64,000 bases of DNA from an uncultured Bacteroidaceae bacterium (lineage in GTDB: Bacteria > Bacteroidota > Bacteroidia > Bacteroidales > Bacteroidaceae): contig CAJOLZ010000010.1 of the NCBI GenBank assembly GCA_905235575.1, positions 13,186 to 77,185 on the forward strand. Reading direction: 5' to 3'. The position numbers were made by a program, and so were the translations under genes. Each line of letters opens with the position of its first letter. Within the stretch, counting starts at the first letter, position 1. A model generated the notes under the pieces. It was not told the DNA's origin. It saw nothing but the letters and a program-made list of their open reading frames with translations, and did no database searches. Below, piece by piece: positions 55,189-63,737 of the stretch.

Positions 55189-55237
55189 CCTCCACCCCGA
55201 CCTTGTATCAGCGTGGCCTAAGGGAACAATTTCCGAG

Positions 55238-55321
55238 GCACTGCGTTGCGACGCTTGACGCACCACGTTGCGAAGGCTGTCGCAGCGTGCTGCGACGCCT
55301 GTCGAACCACGGTGCGTTTTT
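55238..55321 (+). repeat. 22-bp-periodic palindromic repeat element (locus J)
   Basis: ...GTTGCGACGCTT|GACGCACCACGTTGCGAAGGCT|GTCGCAGCGTGCTGCGACGCCT|GTCGAACCACGGTGCGTTTTTC. The T-run end points away from the rmuC stop. Confidence 0.85.
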
Positions 55322-55387
55322 CAGCATGGCAAACAGCCATCGCGCTACATGGACTTGAGGGAGGGCGATACGGCTCGGGACGAATCA

Positions 55388-56206
55388 CTACCACAAGAAC
55401 ATCATACCCATGGAAAGACTCTGGAAATCAGGGCCGAAGTCGGTATCGAAAGCCGAACTGGGCGTATAGCGCATATAGAATCCCAGTTGCTTCCACGAAA
55501 GAGCGGCCATGATGCTGACCATACTGTTCTGGACGTGTACGTCGCGATACATCTCCTTATATTTCTTCCCGTCCAGCGTGTAGCGCGTCTTTATGGTGCG
55601 GGTGTGCTTGTTGCATCCGGCGTTGAAGGCAAACTCAGGTCCCAGAAGGAAGTCCATGCCGTTGGGGAATCGATGTATGTAGTGAAGTGGCAACGTCATG
55701 TGGAGGGTGTGGAGCCTCGAGAACTTCGGATTGGCTCCCTCGGGATAGGGCTCGACAGCGATGTTGCCATCCGTGGCAGGCAGGAAACGATAGTGATTCA
55801 TCATACGATAGTTGCGCCACAGCAGACCGAAACCCACCGAGAATGCGTTTTTCGGATTGAGGTTATAGGCCACTCCGATGATGTCGGTCAATCCGACCTC
55901 AACACTACGCCCCATCTTGAGTGAGACGTTCTGTGGCTCGTCAATGCCATGGATGAATCCCAGTGTGACCCCACCCATGAAACATTCGAAAGTCGAGCTA
56001 TGTCTTTGATCCCCAGTACTCAGCACAGACAGACTGAAATTAGAGAAATCGTATCCGCCGGGATGTTTCTCGTTTTCCAGTTCCTCTTCGTTGGCTTTCT
56101 CATCTACATTTTCGGGAAGCTGAGCCAAAACCTGAACGGGCATAGACAGGCTCAAAGTGACCATCAGCGCACAGGTCATCAGGCGCTTTACATGCAGAAA
56201 TTTCAT
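55388..56206 (-). CDS. outer membrane beta-barrel protein, hypothetical
   Basis: 272-aa ORF with a signal peptide (LMTCALMVTLSLSMPVQVLAQ), beta-strand periodicity and a C-terminal aromatic residue (...MGMMFLW). Confidence 0.65.
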   Translation of the reverse strand: MKFLHVKRLMTCALMVTLSLSMPVQVLAQLPENVDEKANEEELENEKHPGGYDFSNFSLSVLSTGDQRHSSTFECFMGGVTLGFIHGIDEPQNVSLKMGRSVEVGLTDIIGVAYNLNPKNAFSVGFGLLWRNYRMMNHYRFLPATDGNIAVEPYPEGANPKFSRLHTLHMTLPLHYIHRFPNGMDFLLGPEFAFNAGCNKHTRTIKTRYTLDGKKYKEMYRDVHVQNSMVSIMAALSWKQLGFYMRYTPSSAFDTDFGPDFQSLSMGMMFLW

Positions 56207-56253
56207 AATCTTCTGTTTTTCTTTCTGTTTATACTATAGTTTATTTGATACTT

Positions 56254-56712
56254 CTATTTTTTCCGGAAGGTCTTGCGCAGGTCGCGCAGCGTGGCTTTCC
56301 CTTCGAGGTAAACGAGCGTTACGGTGAAGGCGTCGGGGCGCGACTTGTAGCATTGATAGCAGAGATAGCGTTTGTGACGAATGGCAGGCAGTGAGAGGAT
56401 GCAATAGGTGAGATGACCGTTCTGCATCTCATACTCGGCTCCGTCCTCGCGGTCCATCATTCCCTTGCCATCGTTCATGACAAGTGTCTCGATGTGTTGG
56501 CGTTCGACAGAATCAACCTCCATCTTCATGCCACGATACAACTCCAGTTTGTATTCCTTCAGAGCAGCACCACGCACCATGGTCTCCTCGATGCGATTCC
56601 GCGGTATGAGGCCACCGTCGAAGACTCTCTCCACATGAAGGCCTTTCTGTGCCAGCGCCCACAACGGGGCCGAGAGGATGAAGAAGCAGACGATAATTCT
56701 TTTCATAGGCAT
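56254..56712 (-). CDS. hypothetical secreted protein (ECF sigma module member)
   Basis: 152-aa ORF with a signal peptide (IIVCFFILSAPLWALAQ). I recognise no catalytic motif. It is packed 3 nt downstream of the putative anti-sigma gene. Confidence 0.55.
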   Translation of the reverse strand: MPMKRIIVCFFILSAPLWALAQKGLHVERVFDGGLIPRNRIEETMVRGAALKEYKLELYRGMKMEVDSVERQHIETLVMNDGKGMMDREDGAEYEMQNGHLTYCILSLPAIRHKRYLCYQCYKSRPDAFTVTLVYLEGKATLRDLRKTFRKK

Positions 56713-56715
56713 ATA

Positions 56716-57171
56716 TCAGCGGCTTAACAGGTTAGACATTTCTTCTTCTACACGGTCGGTCGTCGGTTGTGCAAGCAGACTGCACATCGTACCTTCCATC
56801 ATGTTCATCACGAGGGTTTCATCATGTATCTCCTGACCATAGAGATTGGCCATGGCATAGGTCGGTGCATCGCTGTCTTTGGGCAGGGCGATGAGGAGAC
56901 TCACCACGATGCAGGCTGCAGCAGCCACGGCTGTCCAGCGCCAACGCAGACGGAGACGACTGCGGCGCTGTGCCACCAGGCGGTCGTAAACGTCCGTTTC
57001 GTCTTCCTCGAGCCATTCGGTCCGAGGCTCGCTCTTGTGCAGAGAGAGCATGCTCATCAATGCAAGCTGCTCGCGACTGGGGTGAGCCTCCTGCCGAAGC
57101 TGCCGGAGGAGTTGTGCTTCCTCCTCGCACGAGGTCTGTCCGGCTAAATACTTGTCTGTAAGGGTTTTCAT
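56716..57171 (-). CDS. putative anti-sigma factor (single-pass membrane protein)
   Basis: 151-aa ORF with a cytoplasmic N-terminal helix, a basic stop-transfer sequence (RRSRLRLRWRW) and a TM (TAVAAAACIVVSLLIAL). Its start overlaps the ECF sigma stop by 4 nt. Confidence 0.55.
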   Translation of the reverse strand: MKTLTDKYLAGQTSCEEEAQLLRQLRQEAHPSREQLALMSMLSLHKSEPRTEWLEEDETDVYDRLVAQRRSRLRLRWRWTAVAAAACIVVSLLIALPKDSDAPTYAMANLYGQEIHDETLVMNMMEGTMCSLLAQPTTDRVEEEMSNLLSR

Positions 57172-57665
57172 TGACTTTTACGTTTGATGTATTCGAATAT
57201 CTTTCTGCGCGCTCCCGACAGTTTTGCACTGATGCTCCTCGGCTTCATACCCGTGAGCGAGGCCATTAGCTCGAGTGACATCTCGCTCTCCTGACGGAGC
57301 AGGAAGAGACGACGTTCCGAGGGCGTGAGGTGCTCGAGGGCTTCGTGCAGGAGACGGTCGTTCTCGGCATTTTCCACGACGTCGTCACTCACAGCAGGTT
57401 GCGCCGCATCGGGAAGTGAGAGACTCTGGTGGTGTCGCACCTGCTGGCGTCTCCACTGGCTGACACAGACGTTACGTGCAATGCGGAGAGCCAATGCACG
57501 GAGCTCGTCCCCCCGAGGAAGGCGGTCGCGAAGCAACCATAGGCGCAGGAGCGTTTCCTGCGATATGTCCTCGGCCTCCTCCCCGTTGCGAAAGAACTCT
57601 CTGCCTATCTGCAAGAGGAGAGGCCGAAGACTTTCAACATGGGTGATGTATTCGCTTTCTGTCAT
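57168..57665 (-). CDS. ECF-type RNA polymerase sigma-70 factor
   Basis: MTESEYITHVESLRPLLLQIGREFFRNGEEAEDISQETLLRLW (region 2) ... LTPSERRLFLLRQESEMSLELMASLTGMKPRSISAKLSGARRKI (region 4 HTH). The start is trimmed from the track start at 57779, which runs into repeat locus K. Confidence 0.85.
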   Translation of the reverse strand: MTESEYITHVESLRPLLLQIGREFFRNGEEAEDISQETLLRLWLLRDRLPRGDELRALALRIARNVCVSQWRRQQVRHHQSLSLPDAAQPAVSDDVVENAENDRLLHEALEHLTPSERRLFLLRQESEMSLELMASLTGMKPRSISAKLSGARRKIFEYIKRKSQ

Positions 57666-57743
57666 GCGTCCGCCTGTCGGTTTCTGATTTATAAACGCAC
57701 AAGGGTGGCAAATGTTAACGCAAGATATTGAAAAAAGTATATG

Positions 57744-57832
57744 AAAAAACGCACCATGTTGCGACAGCCTACGCACCACGTTGCGACAGGCGTCGCAGCG
57801 TGGTGCGTTTCATGTTGCAGCGTGGTGCATGT
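57744..57832 (-). repeat. 22-bp-periodic palindromic repeat element (locus K)
   Basis: AAAAAACGCACCATGTTGCGACAGCCTACGCACCACGTTGCGACAGGCGTCGCAGCGTGGTGCGTTTCATGTTGCAGCGTGGTGCATG. It lies 9 nt downstream of the rnr stop on the minus strand and ends in GCGTTTTTT in that direction. The segment 57766-57787 is the exact reverse complement of 60241-60262. Confidence 0.9.
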
Positions 57833-57840
57833 CTGCGAGG

Positions 57841-60054
57841 TCAGTCGCGCACGAGTTTATAGTCGAGTTGCTTGCGATAGAGATCGGCGCGTGCGACCTG
57901 CACTTTCACGCTGTCTCCCAGATTGTAGGAGCGGTGGGTGCGCCGTCCACGCAGGCAGTAGTTTTTCTCGTCGAACATGTAGTAGTCGTCGTCGAGGTCG
58001 CGCAGGGGTATCATACCTTCGCACTTGTTGTCGTTCACCTCCACATATAGGCCGAATTCGGTAACGCCACTGATGGTTCCCTCGAAGGTCTCTCCGAGGC
58101 GTTCGCTCATGAACTCCACCTGCTTGTACTTGATGCTCGAGCGCTCGGCCTGTGCTGCCAGCTGTTCCATGTCGGAGCACTGCTCGCAGAGCGACTCGTA
58201 CTTATCCTGGTTCACGTTGCGACCGCCCTCGGCATAGCGCGTGAGCAGGCGGTGAACCATCAGGTCGGGATAGCGGCGGATGGGGCTTGTGAAGTGGGTA
58301 TAATAGTCGAACGCCAGCCCGTAATGACCGATGTTGTGGGTGCTGTATCGGGCCTTCATCATGGCGCGCAGCGTTACCATCTCCACGACGTTCTGCTCCT
58401 TGCGTCCTTTGACATCCGAGAGCATCTTGTTCAGGTTCTTGCTTATCTCGTTGCGACTGCCGGTGGTTTTCAGCTTATGACCGAACTTGCCGACGAAGCT
58501 CGACAGGTTGAGCAGTTTCTCGGGGTCGGGAGTGTCGTGCACACGATAGGGCAACACCTTGGGTTTCTGATTGCGTGGCACCTTGCCGATGCTCTCGGCC
58601 ACGGTGCGGTTGGCCAGCAGCATGAACTCCTCGACGAGCTTGTTGGCATCCTTGGCCACCTTGAAATAGACGTTCTCGGGGTGGCCCGTCTCGTCTATCT
58701 CGAAGCGGACTTCGCATCGGTCGAAGTCCACAGCGCCGGAAGCGAAACGACGGCGACGCAGTTCGTGCGCCATGCGGTTCAGGATGATGAGCTCGTCGGC
58801 GAAATCCTCAGCCGGACGTGCGTCGGGTGTGATCGGTGCAAAATGGTCGCCGGGGCTGTTATAGTCCTCGGGACTTGCCTCGTGGTGTGCCTCCAACACC
58901 TGCTGCACCTCCTCGTAGGTGAAACGACGGTCGCTGCGGATGACGGTGTGTGCCAGGTGCCAGTCCTTCACTTCACCCTTCTCGTTCATCTTGAAAATGA
59001 CGCTGAAGGTGAGTTTCTCCTCATCGGGACGCAGCGAGCAGATGAAGTTGCAGAGCCTTTCGGGCAGCATGGGAATAGTGCGGTCCACCAGATAGACGCT
59101 TGTTCCGCGCTTCAGTGCTTCCTTGTCTATCATGCTACCCTCCTTCACGTAGTGCGACACGTCGGCGATGTGCACACCCACCTCCCACAGGTTTGCCTTC
59201 AGTTTGCGAATGCTCAGCGCGTCGTCGAAGTCTTTGGCATCGCGTGGGTCGATGGTGAAGGTGAGCACGTCTCGCATGTCCTCGCGCCGCGATATTTCCT
59301 GCTTGGTGATGGTGGCGTCTATGTTATCGGCTGCCTGTTCCACTTGTTTTGGATAGACGTACGGCAGTCCGTATTCGGCCAGTATGGCGTGCATCTCGGC
59401 GTTGTTCTCGCCCGTCTTGCCCAGGATATCGACCACCTTTCCGATGGGGTTCTTCGAGTCGTCGGGCCACTCTACAATCTTCACGACGGCCTTGTCGCCG
59501 GTCTTTCCCTTCTTCAGGTTTCCCTTGGGGATGAGGATGTCGTTGGCCAGTGTGCGGTCCTCGGTGAGCAGATAGGCGTAGTCCTTGCGCACCTGAAGCG
59601 TACCCACGAATTGCTTGTCGTTGCGGTGGAGAATCTCGGTGACGGCAGCTTCGCGCACATGGTGTTGCCTGCGTGCCAGCATGGTCACGCGTACCGTGTC
59701 GCCGTCCATGGCGTGCATGCTGTTGCGCTCGGCCACCAGTATGGGCTCGCCTCCGCCCGAGGGTTCGAAGGTGTTCTTGCCGTTGGCCTTGCGGCGGAAC
59801 GTGCCTTCCATCACCTGGGTGGGCGCGTTCAGCGAGTAGGTGTACTTCTTGCTCTCCTTGATGTAGTCGTCCATCTGGAGAGCCTCCAGCACGTCCATAC
59901 ACACCATCTTTGTCGGATGGGTGGTGAGGTGCAGCAGACGGAAGATGTCCTTCAGTTCGAATTCACGCGTGGGGTTTTCCTGAAACAGTTCGATGACCAT
60001 GCGTTCCAGGTCCTTCTTCTTGAGGCTGCGGCCTCCACTCGATTTCTTGCCCAT
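57841..60054 (-). CDS. rnr: ribonuclease R
   Basis: MGKKSSGGRSLKKKDLERMVIELF..., an RNB catalytic domain (TIDPRDAKDFDDALS, HYGLAFDYYTHFTSPIRRYPDLMVHR) and a C-terminal S1 domain (FEGTISGVTEFGLYVEV). The start is trimmed from the track start at 60228. Confidence 0.9.
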   Translation of the reverse strand: MGKKSSGGRSLKKKDLERMVIELFQENPTREFELKDIFRLLHLTTHPTKMVCMDVLEALQMDDYIKESKKYTYSLNAPTQVMEGTFRRKANGKNTFEPSGGGEPILVAERNSMHAMDGDTVRVTMLARRQHHVREAAVTEILHRNDKQFVGTLQVRKDYAYLLTEDRTLANDILIPKGNLKKGKTGDKAVVKIVEWPDDSKNPIGKVVDILGKTGENNAEMHAILAEYGLPYVYPKQVEQAADNIDATITKQEISRREDMRDVLTFTIDPRDAKDFDDALSIRKLKANLWEVGVHIADVSHYVKEGSMIDKEALKRGTSVYLVDRTIPMLPERLCNFICSLRPDEEKLTFSVIFKMNEKGEVKDWHLAHTVIRSDRRFTYEEVQQVLEAHHEASPEDYNSPGDHFAPITPDARPAEDFADELIILNRMAHELRRRRFASGAVDFDRCEVRFEIDETGHPENVYFKVAKDANKLVEEFMLLANRTVAESIGKVPRNQKPKVLPYRVHDTPDPEKLLNLSSFVGKFGHKLKTTGSRNEISKNLNKMLSDVKGRKEQNVVEMVTLRAMMKARYSTHNIGHYGLAFDYYTHFTSPIRRYPDLMVHRLLTRYAEGGRNVNQDKYESLCEQCSDMEQLAAQAERSSIKYKQVEFMSERLGETFEGTISGVTEFGLYVEVNDNKCEGMIPLRDLDDDYYMFDEKNYCLRGRRTHRSYNLGDSVKVQVARADLYRKQLDYKLVRD

Positions 60055-60086
60055 AGTTTTTTGCGGTTTAAAGATTGTTTCCTTTG

Positions 60087-60094
60087 CAAAGTTA
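60087..60094 (-). promoter_or_regulatory. candidate -7 promoter box (TAACTTTG on the minus strand) for rnr
   Basis: Matches TAnnTTTG and lies 32 nt upstream of the ATG at 60054. Confidence 0.5.
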
Positions 60095-60196
60095 CGATTT
60101 CGGAAGCAGAAAAACAAAACTTGTTTTGATTTTTCTCGGCCATGCGTGAGAGCGTATGGTTTGAGCGACAAATCGGAGAGGCGAAAGGCTGTTTCT

Positions 60197-60284
60197 GACG
60201 CACCGCAGTGCGACGCTTGTCGCACCACGGTGCGAAGGCCGTCGCAACGTGGTGCGTAGGCTGTCGCAGCGTGCTGCGTTTTTC
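60197..60284 (+). repeat. 22-bp-periodic palindromic repeat element (locus L)
   Basis: GACGCACCGCAGTGCGACGCTT|GTCGCACCACGGTGCGAAGGCC|GTCGCAACGTGGTGCGTAGGCT|GTCGCAGCGTGCTGCGTTTTTC. It lies in the divergent rnr/SDR spacer. Confidence 0.9.
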
Positions 60285-60479
60285 AGCGCACCTCAGAAGT
60301 CTGTTTTTCCTGCGCGTACCTATATAATATATAAGCGCAGTGCACATCGCGGCATGAATTGGAGGGCGGAAAGCAAAAAAAGGAAAGTGCACGAGGCTTT
60401 TATGACAGAAAAAGCGTAACTTAGCATCGCAAAACCGCAGAGACAGATACAAACAGAAGTAACAAACTACCCAACCGAT

Positions 60480-61526
60480 ATGAAAATTCTTATCACCGGA
60501 GCCAGCGGCTTCATAGGCAGTTTCATCGTTCAGGAAGGCCTCCGAAAGGGCTTCGACGTGTGGGCCGGCATGCGCTCCACCAGCAGTAAAGGCTATCTGA
60601 CGGACGAACGCATCCACTTTGCCACCCTCGACCTCTCGGCTCCCGACAAGCTGCGCACACAGCTGCAACAATACAAAGCGGAGATGGGCGGACAGGGCTG
60701 GGACTACGTGGTACATGCCGCCGGAGCCACGAAATGCCTGCATGAAGAGGATTTCTTCCGCACCAACACCGAGGGTACCCGCAACCTCATCGATGCCTTG
60801 CGTCAGGAGGACATGGTGCCCCGACGCTTCGTATTCGTAAGCAGTCTGAGCATCTTCGGTGCCATACGCGAAGAGTCCGTACGTCGCGCCACGGCAGATA
60901 ACCCATGGATTTACAGCCCCATAAAGGACACCGACACACCGCAGCCCAACACGACATACGGACGCAGCAAACTGGAGGCCGAGAAGTATCTGACCTCCGT
61001 CAGCGGCTTTCCCTACACCATCCTGCGGCCGACAGGCGTCTATGGCCCACGCGAGAAAGACTATTTCCTGATGGCGAAAAGCATACGCCAGCACATCGAC
61101 TTCGCCGTGGGCTACCGTCCGCAGGAGATTACCTTCGTCTACATGATGGACGTGGTGCAAGCCGTCTATCGCTGTCTGGACGCACCGGCAGCCGAGGGCC
61201 GCGCATATTTTCTCTCCGACGGGCAGATATACAACAGCCGACGCTTCAGCGACCTCCTGCAGCAGGAGCTTGGAAACCCATGGGTGTTGCACATAAAGGC
61301 CCCGCTGTGGTTCCTGCGCGCCGTGTGCTGGGCAAGCGGACGCATCAGCCGACTCACCGGAAAAATGAACGCGCTGAACAACGACAAATATCACATTCTG
61401 GCTCAAAGAAACTGGCAATGCGACATCGAGCCAGCCCGACGCGACTTCGGATACGAACCTGAGTGGCCACTGGAACGCGGCGTACGCGAAACTGTCCGCT
61501 GGTACAAAGAGAACGGTTGGATTTGA
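60480..61526 (+). CDS. NAD-dependent epimerase/dehydratase family (extended SDR) protein
   Basis: 348-aa ORF with a Rossmann motif (MKILITGASGFIGSFIV) and the catalytic YGRSK (YxxxK). Confidence 0.85.
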   Translation: MKILITGASGFIGSFIVQEGLRKGFDVWAGMRSTSSKGYLTDERIHFATLDLSAPDKLRTQLQQYKAEMGGQGWDYVVHAAGATKCLHEEDFFRTNTEGTRNLIDALRQEDMVPRRFVFVSSLSIFGAIREESVRRATADNPWIYSPIKDTDTPQPNTTYGRSKLEAEKYLTSVSGFPYTILRPTGVYGPREKDYFLMAKSIRQHIDFAVGYRPQEITFVYMMDVVQAVYRCLDAPAAEGRAYFLSDGQIYNSRRFSDLLQQELGNPWVLHIKAPLWFLRAVCWASGRISRLTGKMNALNNDKYHILAQRNWQCDIEPARRDFGYEPEWPLERGVRETVRWYKENGWI

Positions 61527-61547
61527 ACAGAACCATCATAAACGACA

Positions 61548-61586
61548 AACGGGTCTCCCTGAGAGTGAGGAGACCCGTTCTTTTTT
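61548..61586 (+). terminator. intrinsic terminator of the SDR gene
   Basis: AACGGGTCTCC-ctgagagtga-GGAGACCCGTT forms an 11-bp stem followed by CTTTTTT. Confidence 0.75.
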
Positions 61587-61735
61587 CGACTTGCAGAAGG
61601 CACTACCACGATTTTTCTATGCAAAAGTAGCGCTTCAAAAAGGTAAATCCATTACGATTACGGAACAAATAATTGTGAATTTAATGCTTTTATTCCAAAA
61701 AAATTGTAATTTTGTGTCGCCCTAAAGGATTGAAC

Positions 61736-61750
61736 TATTGAAAATCAAAC
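61736..61750 (+). repeat. TATTGAWAATCAAAC intergenic motif, copy 2
   Basis: The sequence is TATTGAAAATCAAAC followed by CATTGAG. It matches copy 1 (6395-6415) at 18 of 21 positions. Confidence 0.5.
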
Positions 61751-61871
61751 CATTGAGATTACAGCAGTGAGAAGCCTGAAAATCGTTTCAAACAGCCCCG
61801 TTTCGCTTTGCAAAAAGGCGAAATGTACATAACTTCGCACTGCTTTTCAGGATAAAATTGACCCAAAAGAC

Positions 61872-63530
61872 ATGAAAAAAGGAAACTATTCAGCACATGG
61901 GCTCACTATGTTTGGAAGAATCTTCCTGATTCTGACATGCAGCATCCTGCCTACCAAACGCCTTGTGGCCAACGATTCCATCGACAGTCTCTATCGCGAG
62001 GCACTCACCACAAACCATTTCGACTACAAGCAGGCCAACCGCCTGATGCTGATGCTCGACGTGGAAGGTGTGACGGACAGCCTAATGACCTTCGACAGCA
62101 ATACCGACAAACAGGAGATGATGGCATCGGTACATTTCTATGTATCAACCTATTACTTCGAAGTGGCACAGCGCATGACGGCAGCCATAAAAGCCGCACA
62201 GCGCGCCGAAGCGATTGCACGCGAAGCCTGCGACACCCCTATGATTGTGGAAGCACTCTCGACACAATCGGTGGCGGCCATACGTACGGGGCAGATGGAG
62301 AGCGCCCTCAGGACGGCGAAGGAGGAGCTGCGCATTGACCAACTGACGGGCGACATAGCCAACCTTTCGCGCGCCTACAACATACTGGCCGCGCTGAGTC
62401 TGCAGGGCAACCGACTGGACGACGCCGAAAAATACATCCTGAAAGCCATTGAGATGGAACGCTGCGTGGAGGACAGTTCGCACCTGAGCATGCGCTACGG
62501 GATTGCAACGGAGATATTCACGAAGCGTGGCGAATATGACCGCGCATACGAGTTCGGCGAGCGTGCCTACGAGATGGACCGCAGTTCGGGCGACAAGGTG
62601 AAGGCGGCACGCAGGCTTTCGCAGATAAGTGACATCTATATGGCGCAGGGCAAATATAGCGAGGCCGAGACGTTCTGCCAGCGCGCCATTGCCGCGTTGA
62701 GGGAGGCCGAGGAACTGACGTCGCTTTCAATCACGCTGAAACAGCTGGGGCAAATCTATCTGAAACAGAACCTGAAACAAAAGGCGTACACAACGCTGAA
62801 GGAATGTGAGGACATCTGCCGCGCCACCGAGCACCATTACATCCTGCAACAGGTGTGCCGCATGCAGGCCGAGGCGCTCGGCAACGACAATCCACGACAG
62901 GCGCTCGCCTATCTGCAGGAGGCACTGCAACTGAGCGATTCGCTGCACACCGAGAGAGCCGAACAGCTGGCCAACGAGATACGCGAGGGACAATACGACG
63001 AACTGGCCGCGCAGCCAGCCGAGGAAAAATCGCGCTCTACGGCACGGGCGGTGGTCATCATCGTGCTGCTCGACCTGCTGGCACTGACCTCCATTTGGAT
63101 TTCCTTCCGCCGAAAGACCGGACGTAAGATGATGGCGGAGGCCGAAATGCTGGTGGAAAGACAGGGAGAGCACATAGAAAGAATAGAGGATCAGGACTTG
63201 GAATTCCTGGTAAAAGTGACGGAACTGTACGAAAAGAGCCTGGACAAACAGCGACTGAACGTCGACGAGCTTTCTGCAGCCATGAACATGAGCCGTTCGC
63301 AGTTCACACGCCGCATCGTGGCCACCACCGGCTCCACCCCGAACAACTACTTCAACCGCCTGCGACTGGAGAAAGCGGCGCGCCTGCTCAAGAACTCAGA
63401 ACGCTCCATCAACTCCGTCGCCTACGAATGCGGCTTCGAAGACACGCCCTACTTCTGCAACCTCTTCAAGAAATACTTCAAGGTGACGCCCATGCAATAT
63501 CGCGTGATGCCCGAGAGGGAGAAGAAATAG
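61872..63530 (+). CDS. TPR-repeat sensor / AraC-family HTH transcriptional regulator (single TM between domains)
   Basis: 552-aa ORF with an N-terminal signal/anchor, TPR-like repeats, a TM (AVVIIVLLDLLALTSIWISF) and a C-terminal AraC HTH (LSAAMNMSRSQFTRRIVATTGSTPNNYFNRLRLEKAARLL...SVAYECGFEDTPYFCNLFKKYFKVTP). Confidence 0.8.
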   Translation: MKKGNYSAHGLTMFGRIFLILTCSILPTKRLVANDSIDSLYREALTTNHFDYKQANRLMLMLDVEGVTDSLMTFDSNTDKQEMMASVHFYVSTYYFEVAQRMTAAIKAAQRAEAIAREACDTPMIVEALSTQSVAAIRTGQMESALRTAKEELRIDQLTGDIANLSRAYNILAALSLQGNRLDDAEKYILKAIEMERCVEDSSHLSMRYGIATEIFTKRGEYDRAYEFGERAYEMDRSSGDKVKAARRLSQISDIYMAQGKYSEAETFCQRAIAALREAEELTSLSITLKQLGQIYLKQNLKQKAYTTLKECEDICRATEHHYILQQVCRMQAEALGNDNPRQALAYLQEALQLSDSLHTERAEQLANEIREGQYDELAAQPAEEKSRSTARAVVIIVLLDLLALTSIWISFRRKTGRKMMAEAEMLVERQGEHIERIEDQDLEFLVKVTELYEKSLDKQRLNVDELSAAMNMSRSQFTRRIVATTGSTPNNYFNRLRLEKAARLLKNSERSINSVAYECGFEDTPYFCNLFKKYFKVTPMQYRVMPEREKK

Positions 63531-63586
63531 GAAGATGATGGTAAATAAAGCCGACACTTATTTGATTTCATTCCGAAGAAGACATG

Positions 63587-63659
63587 CAAAAAACGCGTCA
63601 CAGCGTGCTTCGCAGTTTGACGCACCGTGGTGCGACGGCCGTCGCACCACGGTGCATTT
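63587..63659 (-). repeat. 22-bp-periodic palindromic repeat element (locus M, about 3 units)
   Basis: AAAAAACGCGTCACAGCGTGCTTCGCAGTTTGACGCACCGTGGTGCGACGGCCGTCGCACCACGGTGCATTT. Confidence 0.8.
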
Positions 63660-63723
63660 CGACAAAGAGCGTGTTCCAGCCAAAAATTCCGAAGCCAGAA
63701 GGGAATCATGCAAAATTTGCAGG

Positions 63724-63737
63724 TATTGATAATCAAG
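63724..63737 (+). repeat. TATTGAWAATCAAAC intergenic motif, copy 3
   Basis: The sequence is TATTGATAATCAAG. The 14-mer GTATTGATAATCAA is identical to 6394-6407, and both copies are preceded by CATGCAAAAT. Confidence 0.5.

Noticed and set aside
57666-57779. The track shows N-terminal extensions of ORFs for the ECF sigma (57779), RNase R (60228), gyrB (48137), the M23 peptidase (46553), the TPR protein (43945), the PPIase (32977), the AraC regulator (38709), recO (16528) and the GH-like gene (52277).
   Set aside because: The extensions run through repeat elements, promoter boxes or the preceding gene. Internal ATGs preceded by a TAnnTTTG box at 19-32 nt, or followed directly by a signal peptide, give better-supported starts.
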